A stretch of DNA of 64,000 bases from Eledone cirrhosa. Lineage: Eukaryota. Positions 1 through 11,835 of the stretch are shown here, piece by piece. Numbering within the stretch: the stretch's first letter is position 1; every line of letters starts with the position of its first letter. Made by a program: the position numbers and the translations under genes. Location: assembly GCA_964016885.1 (NCBI GenBank), contig OZ024748.1, forward strand, positions 7,750,001-7,814,000, given 5' to 3'. Under the pieces are notes generated by a model that saw only the letters and a program-made list of their open reading frames with translations, made no database searches and was not told the origin of the DNA.

Positions 1-605
1 AGTGTCGAGAAAAGTGATACAATATGGTGGGATATGTAATAAACAGTGTCGGGAAAACTGATACAATATGGTGGGATATGTAATAAACAGTGTGGGGAAA
101 AGTGATACAATATGGTGGGATATGTAATAAACAGTGTGGGGAAAACTGATACAATATGGTGGGATATGTAATAAATAATAAACAGTGTCGGGAAAAGTGA
201 TACAATATGGTGGGATATGTAATAAACAGTGTGGGGAAAAGTGATACAATATGGTGGGATATGTAATAAACAGTGTGGGGAAAACTGATACAATATGGTG
301 GGATATGTAATAAACAGTGTCGGGAAAAGTGATACAATATGGTGGGATATGTAATAAACAGTGTCGGGAAAACTGATACAATATGGTGGGATATGTAATA
401 AACAGTGTCGGGAAAAGTGATACAATATGGTGGGATATGTAATAAACAGTGTGGGGAAAACTGATACAATATGGTGGGATATATAATAAACAGTGTCGGG
501 AAAAGTGATACAATATGGTGGGATATGTAATAAACAGTGTCGGGAAAAGTGATACAATATGGTGGGATATGTAATAAACAGTGTGGGGAAAAGTGATACA
601 ATATG
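1..605. repeat. 44-bp minisatellite, ~13.5 copies (runs off window start)
   Basis: Unit agtgtcgggaaaagtgatacaatatggtgggatatgtaataaac repeated with few variants. Confidence 0.95.
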
Positions 606-675
606 GATAGAAATATAAAGATGGAACTGAAGTCAAAAGGATGACAAAATAATAATTATAATAATTATAATAATA

Positions 676-866
676 ATTGTTTCTACCTTTGGCACAAGGC
701 CAGCAATTACCTCAGTACATTACTGGTACTTTATTTTATTGACTCCGTAAGGATGAAAGGCAAAGTTAACCCTGGCAGGATTTGAACTCGGACGTAAAGG
801 GCCATAACTCTCTGCCACAAAACATGTTGTCCGACGCTCTACCGATTACTGCCAATCCACCGCCGT
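676..866 (-). mobile_element. tRNA-derived SINE, family 1 (Deu/Nin-like central domain)
   Basis: Reverse strand has A-box-like ggattggcagtaatcggtaga, B-box gagttcaaatcc, domain tttgcctttcatccttacggagtcaataaaataaagtaccag and a (TTA)n tail. Other full or partial copies near 8573, 11020, 11255, 16220, 16839, 17705, 22385, 27047, 29645, 29858, 30511, 34059, 40418, 44420, 46750, 51450, 56370, 61690. Confidence 0.85.
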
Positions 867-1567
867 AACCTCACTAAATATTAGAAACAGTTTTGGCCTG
901 TGTTTAACTGAATCTTTCATCCATGAGTAATTATGATCTTTATTGTTGTTTGAAATATTTAACAAATTAACGATATCTTTTATTATATTCTGTCAAAAAG
1001 AGATAAAAAATGGTATTATGTTTGATTGACTGGAAATCCTAGAAGGAATTAATGTGTGTTGTTGATGCAGGCTAACAACAATCAGCTTATGGTCATTGAG
1101 TCTCTGGTGTAGATATATGTCGACAAATTAGTAAAGGGGCTGAAGTATAATCAATCCTAGTAACAAATGAACCGATTCTATAGAGACTTCTACCTTCCTT
1201 TCCATTGTTTGCCGTCACTAGATAGCAAGTAGAATAAAACAAGATTAATTATTTAACCTTTTCTTCAATCATCTTACACAATGATTTTCAAAAGTATAGC
1301 ACGAACGATGTGAAAAATATATAATGTCAGTTCAGTTTACATTGACGAATAATTGACTTCATATGTCAACTATTTGGTGTCTCAACACGACAAACAACGA
1401 AGGTGTGCAATAAATAGCATCAGACATAAATACTTTTCTTATTGAATATTTCGTTGGATGTTAAGAAGCTAGATGGGGGAGAGGTGAAGAGGTGAAGGTA
1501 GTAACAGTAGGAGTTTGGTGCCATTGTGTTCAGACCGGGTGTGTGTGTATATATATATATATATATA

Positions 1568-1697
1568 AAACGAAGGAGTTGTGGTAAGCAACCAGATGGA
1601 CCATAACACACCAGAGTACTCAATACTTAGGGTAGTAGAGTGGGTAATAGGAAAAAGTATGACCCCGACGGCAGAGCTCAAGCCGTTTCGACGGCTA
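1568..1697 (-). mobile_element. Penelope-like terminal (pLTR-type) fragment, family C, no fold-back
   Basis: Homologous to 1990-2130 and 34990-35125; abuts (TA)n. Confidence 0.6.
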
Positions 1698-1989
1698 TAC
1701 AGCACATTAATACTTATAGTTGTTAATTTAATAGTATTTAACACACATGTAGAAAGTGACAAAAATACTTCGAAACAAACGAAAGGAAATTACATATTGT
1801 CACAATTGAATATTTTACTTCTTTATATTAATACTTACAGATATCTTTCACTGTAGTAAATCTCCTACTAATATGATTTAGAAAACACACACACACCTAT
1901 ATATATATACACACACGCTTATGCACACAGACAGATACACGGGCACACAACTCACACATACACGCACATATGTATATATATATATATAT

Positions 1990-2187
1990 AACGAAGGAAA
2001 TGTGGTAAGGAGCCAGGTGGACCATAACGCACCAAAGTACTCAATACTTGAGGTAGTAGAGTGGGTAATAGGAACCAGTAAGACCCCGACAGCTGAGCTC
2101 AAGCCGTTTCGACGGCTAATTCTGGACTCTGAGTCCAGAATTAGCCGTCGAAACGGCTTGAGCTCAGCTGTCGGGGTCTTACTGGTT

Positions 2188-2192
<5 letters not shown>
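1990..2192 (-). mobile_element. Fold-back element family C in (TA)n; perfect 62-bp arms 2068-2129/2131-2192
   Basis: Arms are exact reverse complements around a 1-nt loop; unpaired ~78-nt tail 1990-2067; (TA)n on both sides. Confidence 0.85.
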
Positions 2193-2267
<75 letters not shown>

Positions 2268-2914
2268 AACACAGATAGCTAGGTCCTGTCAGTATGCTAT
2301 GTTTTGGCATGGTTTCTATGGCTGGATGCCCTTTCTAACACCAACCACTTTACAGCTTGGACTGGGTACTTTTGGTTGTGGGACCTTCATTACAACCTTT
2401 TTGTTTTAATCTAAAAACCCCAGCTAAATTTACAGTCCCGTCAGAGTCCCGTCAAGGTACGACTTGGTTAATCCTGGCCAGACTTGTCTCTTGCACAGAC
2501 AACCCATCTGACCCATGAAAGCATGGAAAAAATGGACGTTAAATGATGATGATGATGATATTGGAATAAATTGTGCCTGATCCCTACTATATATTGTATC
2601 AGTAATCTATATATTAGTTGTCACTCATATATTTTATATGACTATCACATATAAAGATCAATAGATCAATATTTAATACATTTTATTGCTTATTCTACTC
2701 TGTCTTTCTTGTAAATCACAAACATAGATATGTGGGCAGATGAAACAATTGAAGTTTTTATGTTTTCAGCTCTTCTTTATTTAATCCTAAAAGGATGATA
2801 ATACTCACCTATTTACTATATATTGTACTATATTGTATTATATTGTATTATACTGTACTATACTGTAGTATATTGTATTATACTTATAGTATTGTGTTTT
2901 GATGGATATTTTAA

Positions 2915-3451
2915 CCCTTTTGATACCAAACTAGTAAAAACTACTTCTAGTTCAATGATACAAAATTATATATTTTAAGTGTTTATATTTATCTAAAAAC
3001 CCCTCACTATAATTCTATGTACACACCCTTAGCATTTAAACCCTTTAGCATTTAAACCGGCCATATCTGGCCAGAATTCTTTCACCTCTTTCTGTTCAAG
3101 CTGATTGTAACTGGCCACTCATACTGATGTTAAGGTATTATTTTTGAAAATAAATAATACCAAGATCTCATAGATTCTATATTATGTGAGATAAAGCCTT
3201 TACCATGAAAATACAATAGTATATTTAGAGTAATATAAATGGTAAAGGGTTAACAAATTCTGGCCTGATACATCTATTTTAAATGCTGAAGGGGTAAGGT
3301 ATGTTTTAGGCTCCAGCTTGAAAATAAGAAAATTATTGGGTCATCAAATATGAAATTTGTAGAAAAAAAACAAATTTCTACAAATTTCATACTTGATGAC
3401 CCAATAGTTATATTGCTAAATCCCTTCAAGTTCTCTATGGTAACAAAAGGG
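2915..3451. mobile_element. piggyBac-like MITE family 2 (TTAA|CCCTTTTG..CAAAAGGG|TTAA) hosting nested elements
   Basis: TTAA flanks and CCC/GGG termini with imperfect TIRs. Related pieces at ~16458-16655, ~34400-34560 and 58251-58486. Confidence 0.65.
3041..3249. mobile_element. piggyBac-like MITE family 1 (~210-230 bp, TIR CCCTTTAGCATTTA, TTAA target)
   Basis: Starts ccctttagcatttaaa and ends taaatggtaaaggg|ttaa; about 11 related copies in the window. Confidence 0.85.
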
Positions 3452-4171
3452 TTAAATTATTCTTTAATTAATAAAAAATATTAATCAAAGACTGTATATT
3501 TCCAAATCTATTTTTAAATGACTTATTGTTTTCTTCTTTATTTCTAGTTTGCAACAATGCTTAGGATACAAGTTATTAGGGCACTGCTAATGACTAGATG
3601 AACTCTTCTTTGTTAATACATATTTAATTATTGTTATTGGTGAGTAGACTTTCATATTCTTTACTGTTGTTATTGTTACATCCATTATGTAATTGTTCAG
3701 AATATATTATAGGGACACATGCCAAAGGATGGAGAGGATGGTTCAGTTGTGTTAAGGGGATGACAAGCCCGCCCACCCTAGTGCTGCTGGTTGCATGGTA
3801 TAATGCACCAAGTACACTCTGTAAAGTGGTTGGGAGTAGGAAAGGTATCTAGCTGTAGAAAAACTTGCTGAATAAATGGTGAAAATAATTCTTCAGTTGT
3901 GTCAGTGACATGACAACCTCCTTAATGCTGGGTGGGACAAAAATGCACTTGGGGCACTCTAGAGAGAGAGATGATGACGATGATGATGTGCTGTGCCAGC
4001 AAGTAACTGATACTAAGGTTGTGTTCTTATTCCATCCAAGTATTTTTTTATTTTTATTCTTCAATAAAATAATTATAAAGTAATCTATCTGTTGTCTGGC
4101 ATATCTGTGAGGTCTCATTTGTTTTCTCTTACTCCAGATAATGAATATATTCAACATATTCTATCTGAATG

Positions 4172-6853
4172 TCTGTGTTGTGTGTATGTGATAGTTTTAT
4201 ATGTGTGTGTTCCATGTTGTGTGTATGTGATAGTTTTATATGTGTGTGTTCCATGTTGTGTGTATGTGATAGTTTTATATGTGTGTGTTCCATGTTGTGT
4301 GTATGTGATAGTTTTATATGTGTGTGTTCCATGTTGTATGTATGTAATAGTTATATGTGTGTGTTCCATGTTGTATGTATGTAATAGTTATATGTGTGTG
4401 TTCCATGTTATAATAATAATAATAATAATGAAATTATTGTGTACAGTGCTCAGGTGCACTACAACTCATCAAAGGTGCATGTATAGTACATAGAATAATG
4501 TACAAATGTCAGGAAAATAAACAGTGTATGAGTCATGATATAATAACAATAACAATAATGAAATATTGTGTACAGTGCCCAGGTGCACCACAACTCATCA
4601 AAAAAGTGCATGTACAGTACATAGGGCAATGCACAAACATCAGTAAAATGAACAGTGCACGAGTCATGATACACACATGTGTGCATGTGTATGGAAGGGG
4701 TACATCAGGTGTAGTTTTGGCGTATTTCGGGAAGCATGAGTGTCTTAAAGGATGCAGTGTCTCGGCAGCTAACAATTGACGCAGGCAGTTTGTTCCATGC
4801 TTCAGCAACTCTGAGCGTGAAAAAATGTCTGCGAAAGTCATGGGAGCTGTGCTGTTTTCTTATCTTGTAGGCATGTCCACGTGTGTTAGACACATGGAGA
4901 TCAAAGAGGCACTCAGGGTTGCAGTTGGCGAGATGGTTAAAAACTTTGTGGGTATTCACCAAGTCCATTGCCAGACGTCGGAGCTTCAATGAATCCATGC
5001 CCAGGGAAGCAAGGCGTTCAGAGTATGGTAGGTGTCTGATGGAGGGTATGCGCTTGGTTGCACGTCTCTGAACAGTTTCCAGGAGGTCAATGTTCCGAGC
5101 AAGATAGGGGTTCCAGACTGATGATGCGAATTCCAAGTGTGGTCGCACCATAGCTGTATACAGTTTTAAATAGATGGCTGGAGAGCGGCTAACAAAGGTC
5201 TTGCTGAGTGATGCCAAGACACCCTCGGCCTTCTTGACAATCTTAGAGACATGCTTTGTCCAACGCAAATCGTTGCTGACAGTAATGCCCAGGTCACGTT
5301 CACAAGAGGACTTTTTGATGTCAGTGTTGTGGAGGGAGTATGTGGACGCTGGATTTTTCCTTCCAAAATGCATGGTGGTACACTTGTCCACAGCCAGCTT
5401 CAGTTGCCAGTCTGTGATCCATTGCTGCATTGTGTCCAGGTCTGATTGTAGGAAAGAGTTGTAAATTTCAGGATCAGTCCTTTTGATTTCAAGGTACAGC
5501 TTGATGTCATCTGCATATTTTAGTACCGTGGCATTCTGGTATGTATGTGATAGTTATATGTGTGTGTTCCATGTTGTATGTATGTAATAGTTATATATGT
5601 GTGTTCCATGTTGTATATATGTGATAGTTATATGTGTGTGTTCCATGTTGTATGTATGTAATAGTTATATGTGTGTGTTCCATGTTGTATGTATGTAATA
5701 GTTATATGTGTGTGTTCCATGTTGTATGTATGTAATAGTTATATGTGTGTGTTCCATGTTGTATGTATGTAATAGCTATATGTGTGTGTTCCATGTTGTA
5801 TATATGTGATAGTTATATGTGTGTGTTCCATGTTGTATGTATGTAATAGTTATATGTGTGTGTTCCATGTTGTATATATGTGATAGTTATATGTGTGTGT
5901 TCCATGTTGTATATATGTGATAGTTATATGTGTGTGTTCCATGTTGTATATATGTAATAGTTATATGTGTGTGTTCCATGTTGTATGTATGTAATAGTTA
6001 TATGTGTGTGTTCCATGTTGTATATATGTGATAGTTATATGTGTGTGTTCCATGTTGTATGTAATAGTTATATGTGTGTGTTCCATGTTGTATGTGATAG
6101 TTATATGTGTGTGTTCCATGTTGTATATATGTAATAGTTATATGTGTGTGTTCCATGTTGTATATATGTGATAGTTATATGTGTGTGTTCCATGTTGTAT
6201 GTAATAGTTATATGTGTGTGTTCCATGTTGTATGTAATAGTTATATGTGTGTGTTCCATGTTGTATGTAATAGTTATATGTGTGTGTTCCATGTTGTATG
6301 TAATAGTTATATGTGTGTGTTCCATGTTGTATGTATGTGATAGTTATATGTATGTCTTCCATGTTGTATGTATGTAATAGTTATATGTGTGTGTTCCATG
6401 TTGTATGTAATAGTTATATGTGTGTGTTCCATGTTGTATGTAATAGTTATATGTGTGTGTTCCATGTTGTATATATGTGATAGTTATATGTGTGTGTTCC
6501 ATGTTGTATGTAATAGTTATATGTGTGTGTTCCATGTTGTATATATGTGATAGTTATATGTGTGTGTTCCATGTTGTATGTATGTAATAGTTATATGTAT
6601 GTCTTCCATGTTGTATGTATGTAATAGTTATATGTGTGTGTTCCATGTTGTATGTAATAGTTATATGTGTGTGTTCCATGTTGTATGTAATAGTTATATG
6701 TGTGTGTTCCATGTTGTATGTATGTGATAGTTATATGTGTGTGTTCCATGTTGTATGTAATAGTTATATGTGTGTGTTCCATGTTGTATATATGTGATAG
6801 TTATATGTGTGTGTTCCATGTTGTATATATGTAATAGTTATATGTGTGTGTTC
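4172..6853. repeat. 33/37/39-bp minisatellite interrupted by a LINE (array segments 4172-4408 and 5539-6853)
   Basis: Core gtatgtaatagttatatgtgtgtgttccatgtt; explains the repetitive spurious ORFs (MEHTHITITYN). Confidence 0.95.
4409..5538 (-). mobile_element. 5'-truncated CR1/L2-group LINE: RT C-terminus, duplicated 3' UTR end and (TTA)n tail
   Basis: Frame open 5538->4705 with KYADDIKLY (YADD 5517-5506), LKLYTAMVRPHLEFASSVWNP, LETVQRRATK, FFTLRVAEAWNKLP. Confidence 0.9.
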
Positions 6854-7129
6854 CTCGCAGTAATTTTATCTGAATGTCTGTTGTATGTATGTGATAGTTA
6901 TATGTGTGTGTGTGTTCCTTTGGTCTGTTGTGTGTATGTGATGGTTTCATGTATGTGTACTCCTTGCTGTAATTTTACACTATATGTTGTGATAAACTTG
7001 TGATCGTTACAACCTTGTGTACTATATCTAACACATATTTTACTAACATGTTGTCTATCACATTTTAGTGAAGCATATGTTATATATCTTCTAATGAAAC
7101 ATTTGGCTATTTCTAGAAGGTATTCTATA

Positions 7130-7510
7130 CCTTCTTCTTACTATTTGCTGCCCACCTATTCCTGGGAGGGGCAGAGTCCACAAGTACTCCCTCCTTCCAG
7201 TGGGTCCTGTCAGAAGCAACCATTTCCAGCTAATCCAGTTGGATCCTCAAGCGAGACCCAGCCAAGCTCATGGATGTTATCCAACGATCATGCTTGGGGT
7301 GAGTCTACCCCTGGGTCTCCTGCCGGTTGATTTTGCCCATAAGATCTGTCCAGCAATTCTTTCCTGAGACATTGTAACTACATACACATAGTATCAGAGC
7401 TGTGATTTCTCAATTTGGAAAAGTAGGGGCTCTACCTTGAGTGACTCCCTGATTTCCTAGTTACACACTCTACTCGATAGAGTATAACTCAGAGATCAGA
7501 ATCTTCAGAA
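7130..7510 (-). mobile_element. Degenerate RTE-clade LINE 3' fragment
   Basis: Minus strand reads EIRESLKVEPLLFQIEKSQL*YYVYV, a decayed version of the RTE C-terminal '..QLRWFGHV' region; short (AAG) tail. Confidence 0.6.
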
Positions 7511-7649
7511 ATGATCGTCCATTACTATTTACCTTTTTTTCTCCTTTTTATCATATCTTTAAATACTAGAATATTCTTTCTGATTTCAGAATTTAAGATT
7601 CTAATTAAAATAATTGTCTTCAAGATTTTTGTAAACATTTCATGTGTAT

Positions 7650-7995
7650 GGAGGCACATGGCTTAGTGGTTAGAGAATTGGCCTTGCAATCGAAAGGTTG
7701 TGAGTTCAATTCTCAGACCGGGTGATGTGTTGTTTCCTTGAGCAAGACACTTTATTTCACATTGCTCCAGTTTACTCAGCTGTAGAAATGAGATGATAGG
7801 GACTGGGATCCCTATCATTCCACTGCAAAGTGGTCGTGGAGGTGCCACGGCAAAAAAGCATCCAGCACTCACTGTAAATGAGGTTGGTGTTAGGAAGGGC
7901 ATCCAGCTGTAGAAATCAAGCCAGAATCAGTTCCCGTCCCACCCTTGCAAGCAGGGAAAAGCGGACGTAAAATGAAATGAAATGAATGAAATGAA
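7650..7995 (+). mobile_element. tRNA-derived SINE family 2 (tRNA head + ccttgagcaagacact core + RTE-derived 3' end)
   Basis: A-box tggcttagtgg, B-box gagttcaattc, (AATGA) tail; near-identical copies at 8888-9285 and 62271-62597. Confidence 0.85.
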
Positions 7996-7997
7996 TG

Positions 7998-8061
<64 letters not shown>

Positions 8062-8228
8062 GTACTAAATGGGGACAGTAATGGTTGAGATCTTATTTAT
8101 TAAGAGAGAGGGGGAGGAGAGAGAGAGAGTGGGAGAGAGAAAGGGGAGGGAAGCGGTGGGGGGGGGGGGAAGTTGCAGCAGTGAGAATTATGTTTGAAAT
8201 GGATGACATAAATACAATAGAATGAAAC

Positions 8229-8266
<38 letters not shown>

Positions 8267-8887
8267 TGGTAATGGTGGTGGTGGTAGTAGTACCACTAGT
8301 AGTAGTAGTAGGTTGTAGCTCTTTTTCATATAGAAGAAAAAAAATAAGAGCAAGGCTGATAACATCGTGGAGGTCATTATGAAGTGTAGATTTGTTGTGC
8401 CCCAGAATACATGTTACTGATAATTATTACAAGAGAAGAACATGTTGGCCAGTATTTCAGTTCAGAGATAAGAAGATGTATCAGGAACCAACAGCCATAG
8501 GATGCCATTCTAGCCCTTATAGAACACAAAATCTTCTTACAATGAATATATTTGGAATATAAAATAATAATAATTGTTTCTACTTTAGGCACAAGGCCAG
8601 TAATTACCCAGTGTATTACTGGTACTTTATTTTATCGACCCCATAAGGATGAAATAATAATAATGAAATAATGAAATTATTGTGTACAGTGCTCAGGTGC
8701 ACTACAAGTACGTGCATACCTTTAAGTATGTCTGCTTAAAGGTATGCACGTGTGTATGTAGATGTAGATATGTGTGTGTATATGTAAGTGTGCAGGTTTA
8801 AATAATTCAATTTAATATATGAGAGAATGACACAGGTGTGAATGTGTGTGTAATAATATATATACATCTATATATATATACATAAAT

Positions 8888-9285
8888 GGAGGTACATGGC
8901 TTAGTGGTTAGAGCATTGGCCTTGCAATGGAAAGGTTGTGAGTTCAATTATCAGACTGGGTGATGTGTTGTTTCCTTGAGCAAGACACTTTATTTCACAT
9001 TGCTCCAGTTTACTCAGCTGTAGAATGATATGAGATGATAGGGACTGGGGTCCATATCATTCCACTGCAAAGTGGTCGTGGAGGTGTCACGGCAAAAAAG
9101 CACCCAGCCCACACTGTAAAGTGGACGTGTAGGCGCCACGGAAAAAAGCACCCAGCACTCACTGTAAATGAGGTTGGTGTTAGGAAGGGCATCTGGCTGT
9201 AGAAATCAAGCCAGAATCAGTTCCCGTCTCACCCTTGCAAGCAGGGAAAAGCGGACGTAAAATGATGATGATGATGATGATGATA
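8888..9285 (+). mobile_element. SINE family 2 copy
   Basis: Same head and core as 7650; (ATG)n tail. Confidence 0.85.
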
Positions 9286-9387
9286 AATAATTATATATAT
9301 ATATATATATACATTTGTATATATAAATATATATATATTTATAACTATGCATATAAATATATATATATATATATTTATAACTATACA

Positions 9388-10420
9388 TATCATCATCATC
9401 ATCATCATCACCGTTTTACGTCCGTTCTTCCACGCTAGCATGGGTTAGACGGGTTGTCCTGTTGTGGGCAGTGTCTGGTCGGCTGACCATGCCTTGCTCA
9501 TACAGGAACTGATCTGGCTTGATTTCTACAGCTGGATGCCCTTCCTAACACCAACCTCATTTACAGTGAGTGCTGGGTGCTTTTTCGTGGCGCCTACACG
9601 TCCACTTTACAGTGTGGGCTGGGTGCTTTTTTGCCGTGGCACCTCCACGACCACCTTGCGGTGGTGGTGGGGGGGGGGCATATTGTTTATATGCTTCAGC
9701 ATGTACCCATGGGAGGTCGGGTACCCTGTATTACTGCGTGACGCCAGAAGTCACGGTCGTGTGTCATTGACTTTGAGAGGTGTAGTTGGGTAAGGTCGGC
9801 TTTTATCACCTCATCCCAAGTCATCTTGGGTCTCCCCACTCCGCGGTTTCCATCAACTTCTAGTGCTCTGCACCTTTTTATGCAGCTGTCATCCTTCATA
9901 CGCATCACATGTCCATACCAGCGTAACCGCCTCTCCTGCACGCAGCATTTGATTCCTCTTATGCTCAGTCTCTCTCTCAATTCATTTATGCTTTGTCGTT
10001 CACGTATATTACTGTTACACATCCATCGGAGCATGCAGGCTTCGTTTCTCTCTAATCTACGTAAGTCTTCCACCTTCAGCGCCCAGGTCTCACTACCACG
10101 CAACATCGCTGTTCGGATACACGCATCATACAGTCTGCCTTTCATTCTGAGGGAGAAGCCTTTTGCAGCTAGCAGTGGTAGTAGTTCCCTAAACTTCTTC
10201 CATCCCGTTCTTACCCTAGTTATTGTACTTTCTGAGCACCCACCTCCGTTGCTAATTCGGTCACCTAGGTAGCAGAAGCTGTCAACTGTTTCTACAGGGC
10301 CCTCCCAGAGATTGGTGGTACTTGTTTCCTGTGGCTGTTTGCTTGCTGTTTCAGCACAGCTGCTGCATGTGAATCCTACATTCTTAATTAAGCTTCCTGA
10401 GATCCCGCTACATCTCTTGT
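9388..10420 (-). mobile_element. 5'-truncated RTE-clade LINE (ORF end ~10420->9696, 3' UTR, (ATG)n tail)
   Basis: Open frame KRCSGI..FTCSSC..VDSFCYLGD..GWKKFREL..KGRLYDACIRTAMLRGSETW..RRLRWYGHVMR..GRPKMTW. Confidence 0.9.
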
Positions 10421-10769
10421 ATTTATAATATTATATATATATATATATATATATAATTGGTGTTGGATGCTTGAATTGTAATATGTCCAATAAATTCCAT
10501 TCGTCGCAACACTGATTCTCTTTTTCGATTTTATGTAGTTGATTATGCTAATTGGGAGAGGAAATGGTATATATTTTATCTGGTGATCCTATAGACATGT
10601 TTTATGATATATAGCTCTGATTATTTAATTTATTAACTTCTCATTGAGCCACAAAGTGACCCGTTGCAAAACACGTATATGTATGTATGTATATATATAT
10701 ATATATGTGTAAACCTTTATATATATATACATATATATATATGTACAACTTCACAGAATCTATTTTAAA

Positions 10770-11018
10770 TGCATCCTTTAAAACTTCCATGCTTTGCTTC
10801 CCGAAATTTGCCAACACTTACTACACCTAATATCCCCCCCACCCCCCCACCCCGCCTCTATATACATGCACGCATGCATGTGTGTGTGTGTGTGTCTGCG
10901 TATATTAAGACTCGTACACTGTTCACTTTCCTGACATTTGTATATTATTCTCTGTACTATACATGCACCTTTGATGAGTTGTAGTGCACCTGAGCACTAT
11001 ACACAATATATTATTATT
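10770..11018 (+). mobile_element. CR1-group LINE 3' end fragment
   Basis: Matches 3' UTR of the 4409-5538 element (gcacctttgatgagttgtagtgcacctgagcact). Smaller pieces at ~8655-8708, 40305-40418, 45575-45648. Confidence 0.8.
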
Positions 11019-11655
11019 GATTGGCAGAATTGGTAGAGTGTCGGACACCATGCTTTGCAGCATAGAGTTATGGCCCTTTATGTTCTGAGTTCAAATCCCG
11101 CCGAGTTTAGCTTTACCTTTCCTCCTTACGGAGGTTGATAAAATAAAGTACCAGTAATGCACTGGGGTCAATTTAATCGACTTTCCCCGCCCTCCACAAA
11201 ATTACTGGCATCCTCCTATATCAGAAACTATTATTATTATTATTTTTATTACCTCCCTTTATGATCTGAGTTCAAATCCCGCCGAGGTTAACTTTGCCTT
11301 TCATCCTTACGGGGGTCGATAAAATAAAGTACCAGTAATACACTGGGATAATTGCTGGCCTTGTGCCTAACGTAGAAACAATTATTATTTTTATTAAATT
11401 GTAATATCTGATCTGGAAATGAAAGGCTAAAAGTATGGAGAAAGATAACTCCGTAGGTTATAAATAGTTATTTGCAGCCATATTGTGATGCTGACAAAGT
11501 GTAGACATTACAGAGATAAGTAAGAATAAATCTGTTGAAATGTGAATATTAGTATTGTCTGAGCTGTATATAGGGCAATGAAACTAACCTACATGATATC
11601 ACCCAGTGTCCGTGTGTTGCAGAATTGTGGGCTTGAGTCAAACAATGTTATCATG

Positions 11656-11835
11656 TACTCTCAGGTCTTGAATAATTGGCCCCCTTGCTCCACTTATTAA
11701 TTCTTCAGATGGTTTCCAACCTCACAGCTTTTATTCCACCGCATCCTTCTTATTAAATTTTGCTAATCTATCTCCGATGAAATTTTATTGTAAGTGATTC
11801 ATATCGATACAGCAGTCGGAGAATCTAATAATAAT
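11656..11835. mobile_element. Partial copy of TA-flanked MITE-like element (reverse of 23910-24086)
   Basis: ttttattgtaagtgattcatatcgatacagcag is reverse-complementary to ctgctgtatcaatatgaatcacttacaataaaa at ~23930. Confidence 0.6.

Noticed and set aside
1-605. CRISPR-like regular array (also 48093-49198, 27631-28268, 19954-20400)
   Set aside because: Head-to-tail repeats with no unique spacers, no cas genes and a eukaryotic context; these are minisatellites.
1469-2409. Similar ORFs at 1581, 1921 and 34936 suggesting a small gene family
   Set aside because: Similarity comes from the non-coding family C repeat; frames run into TA repeats.
4092-7003. Repetitive ORFs (MEHTHITITY.., VIVICVCSML..)
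   Set aside because: Translations of the minisatellite in several frames; no coding signal.
7650-7722. SINE heads as functional tRNA genes
   Set aside because: They continue into SINE bodies and lack intact cloverleaf acceptor stems.
8710-8751. Small hairpins (8710-8751; 31077-31123) as terminators or miRNA precursors
   Set aside because: Short, at TE junctions, most simply repair or template-switch by-products; no supporting context.
10455-10680. Possible hammerhead (ctggtga ... aaaacacgta) in a TA-flanked insert related to 38655-38700
   Set aside because: Both core halves deviate and no convincing stems.
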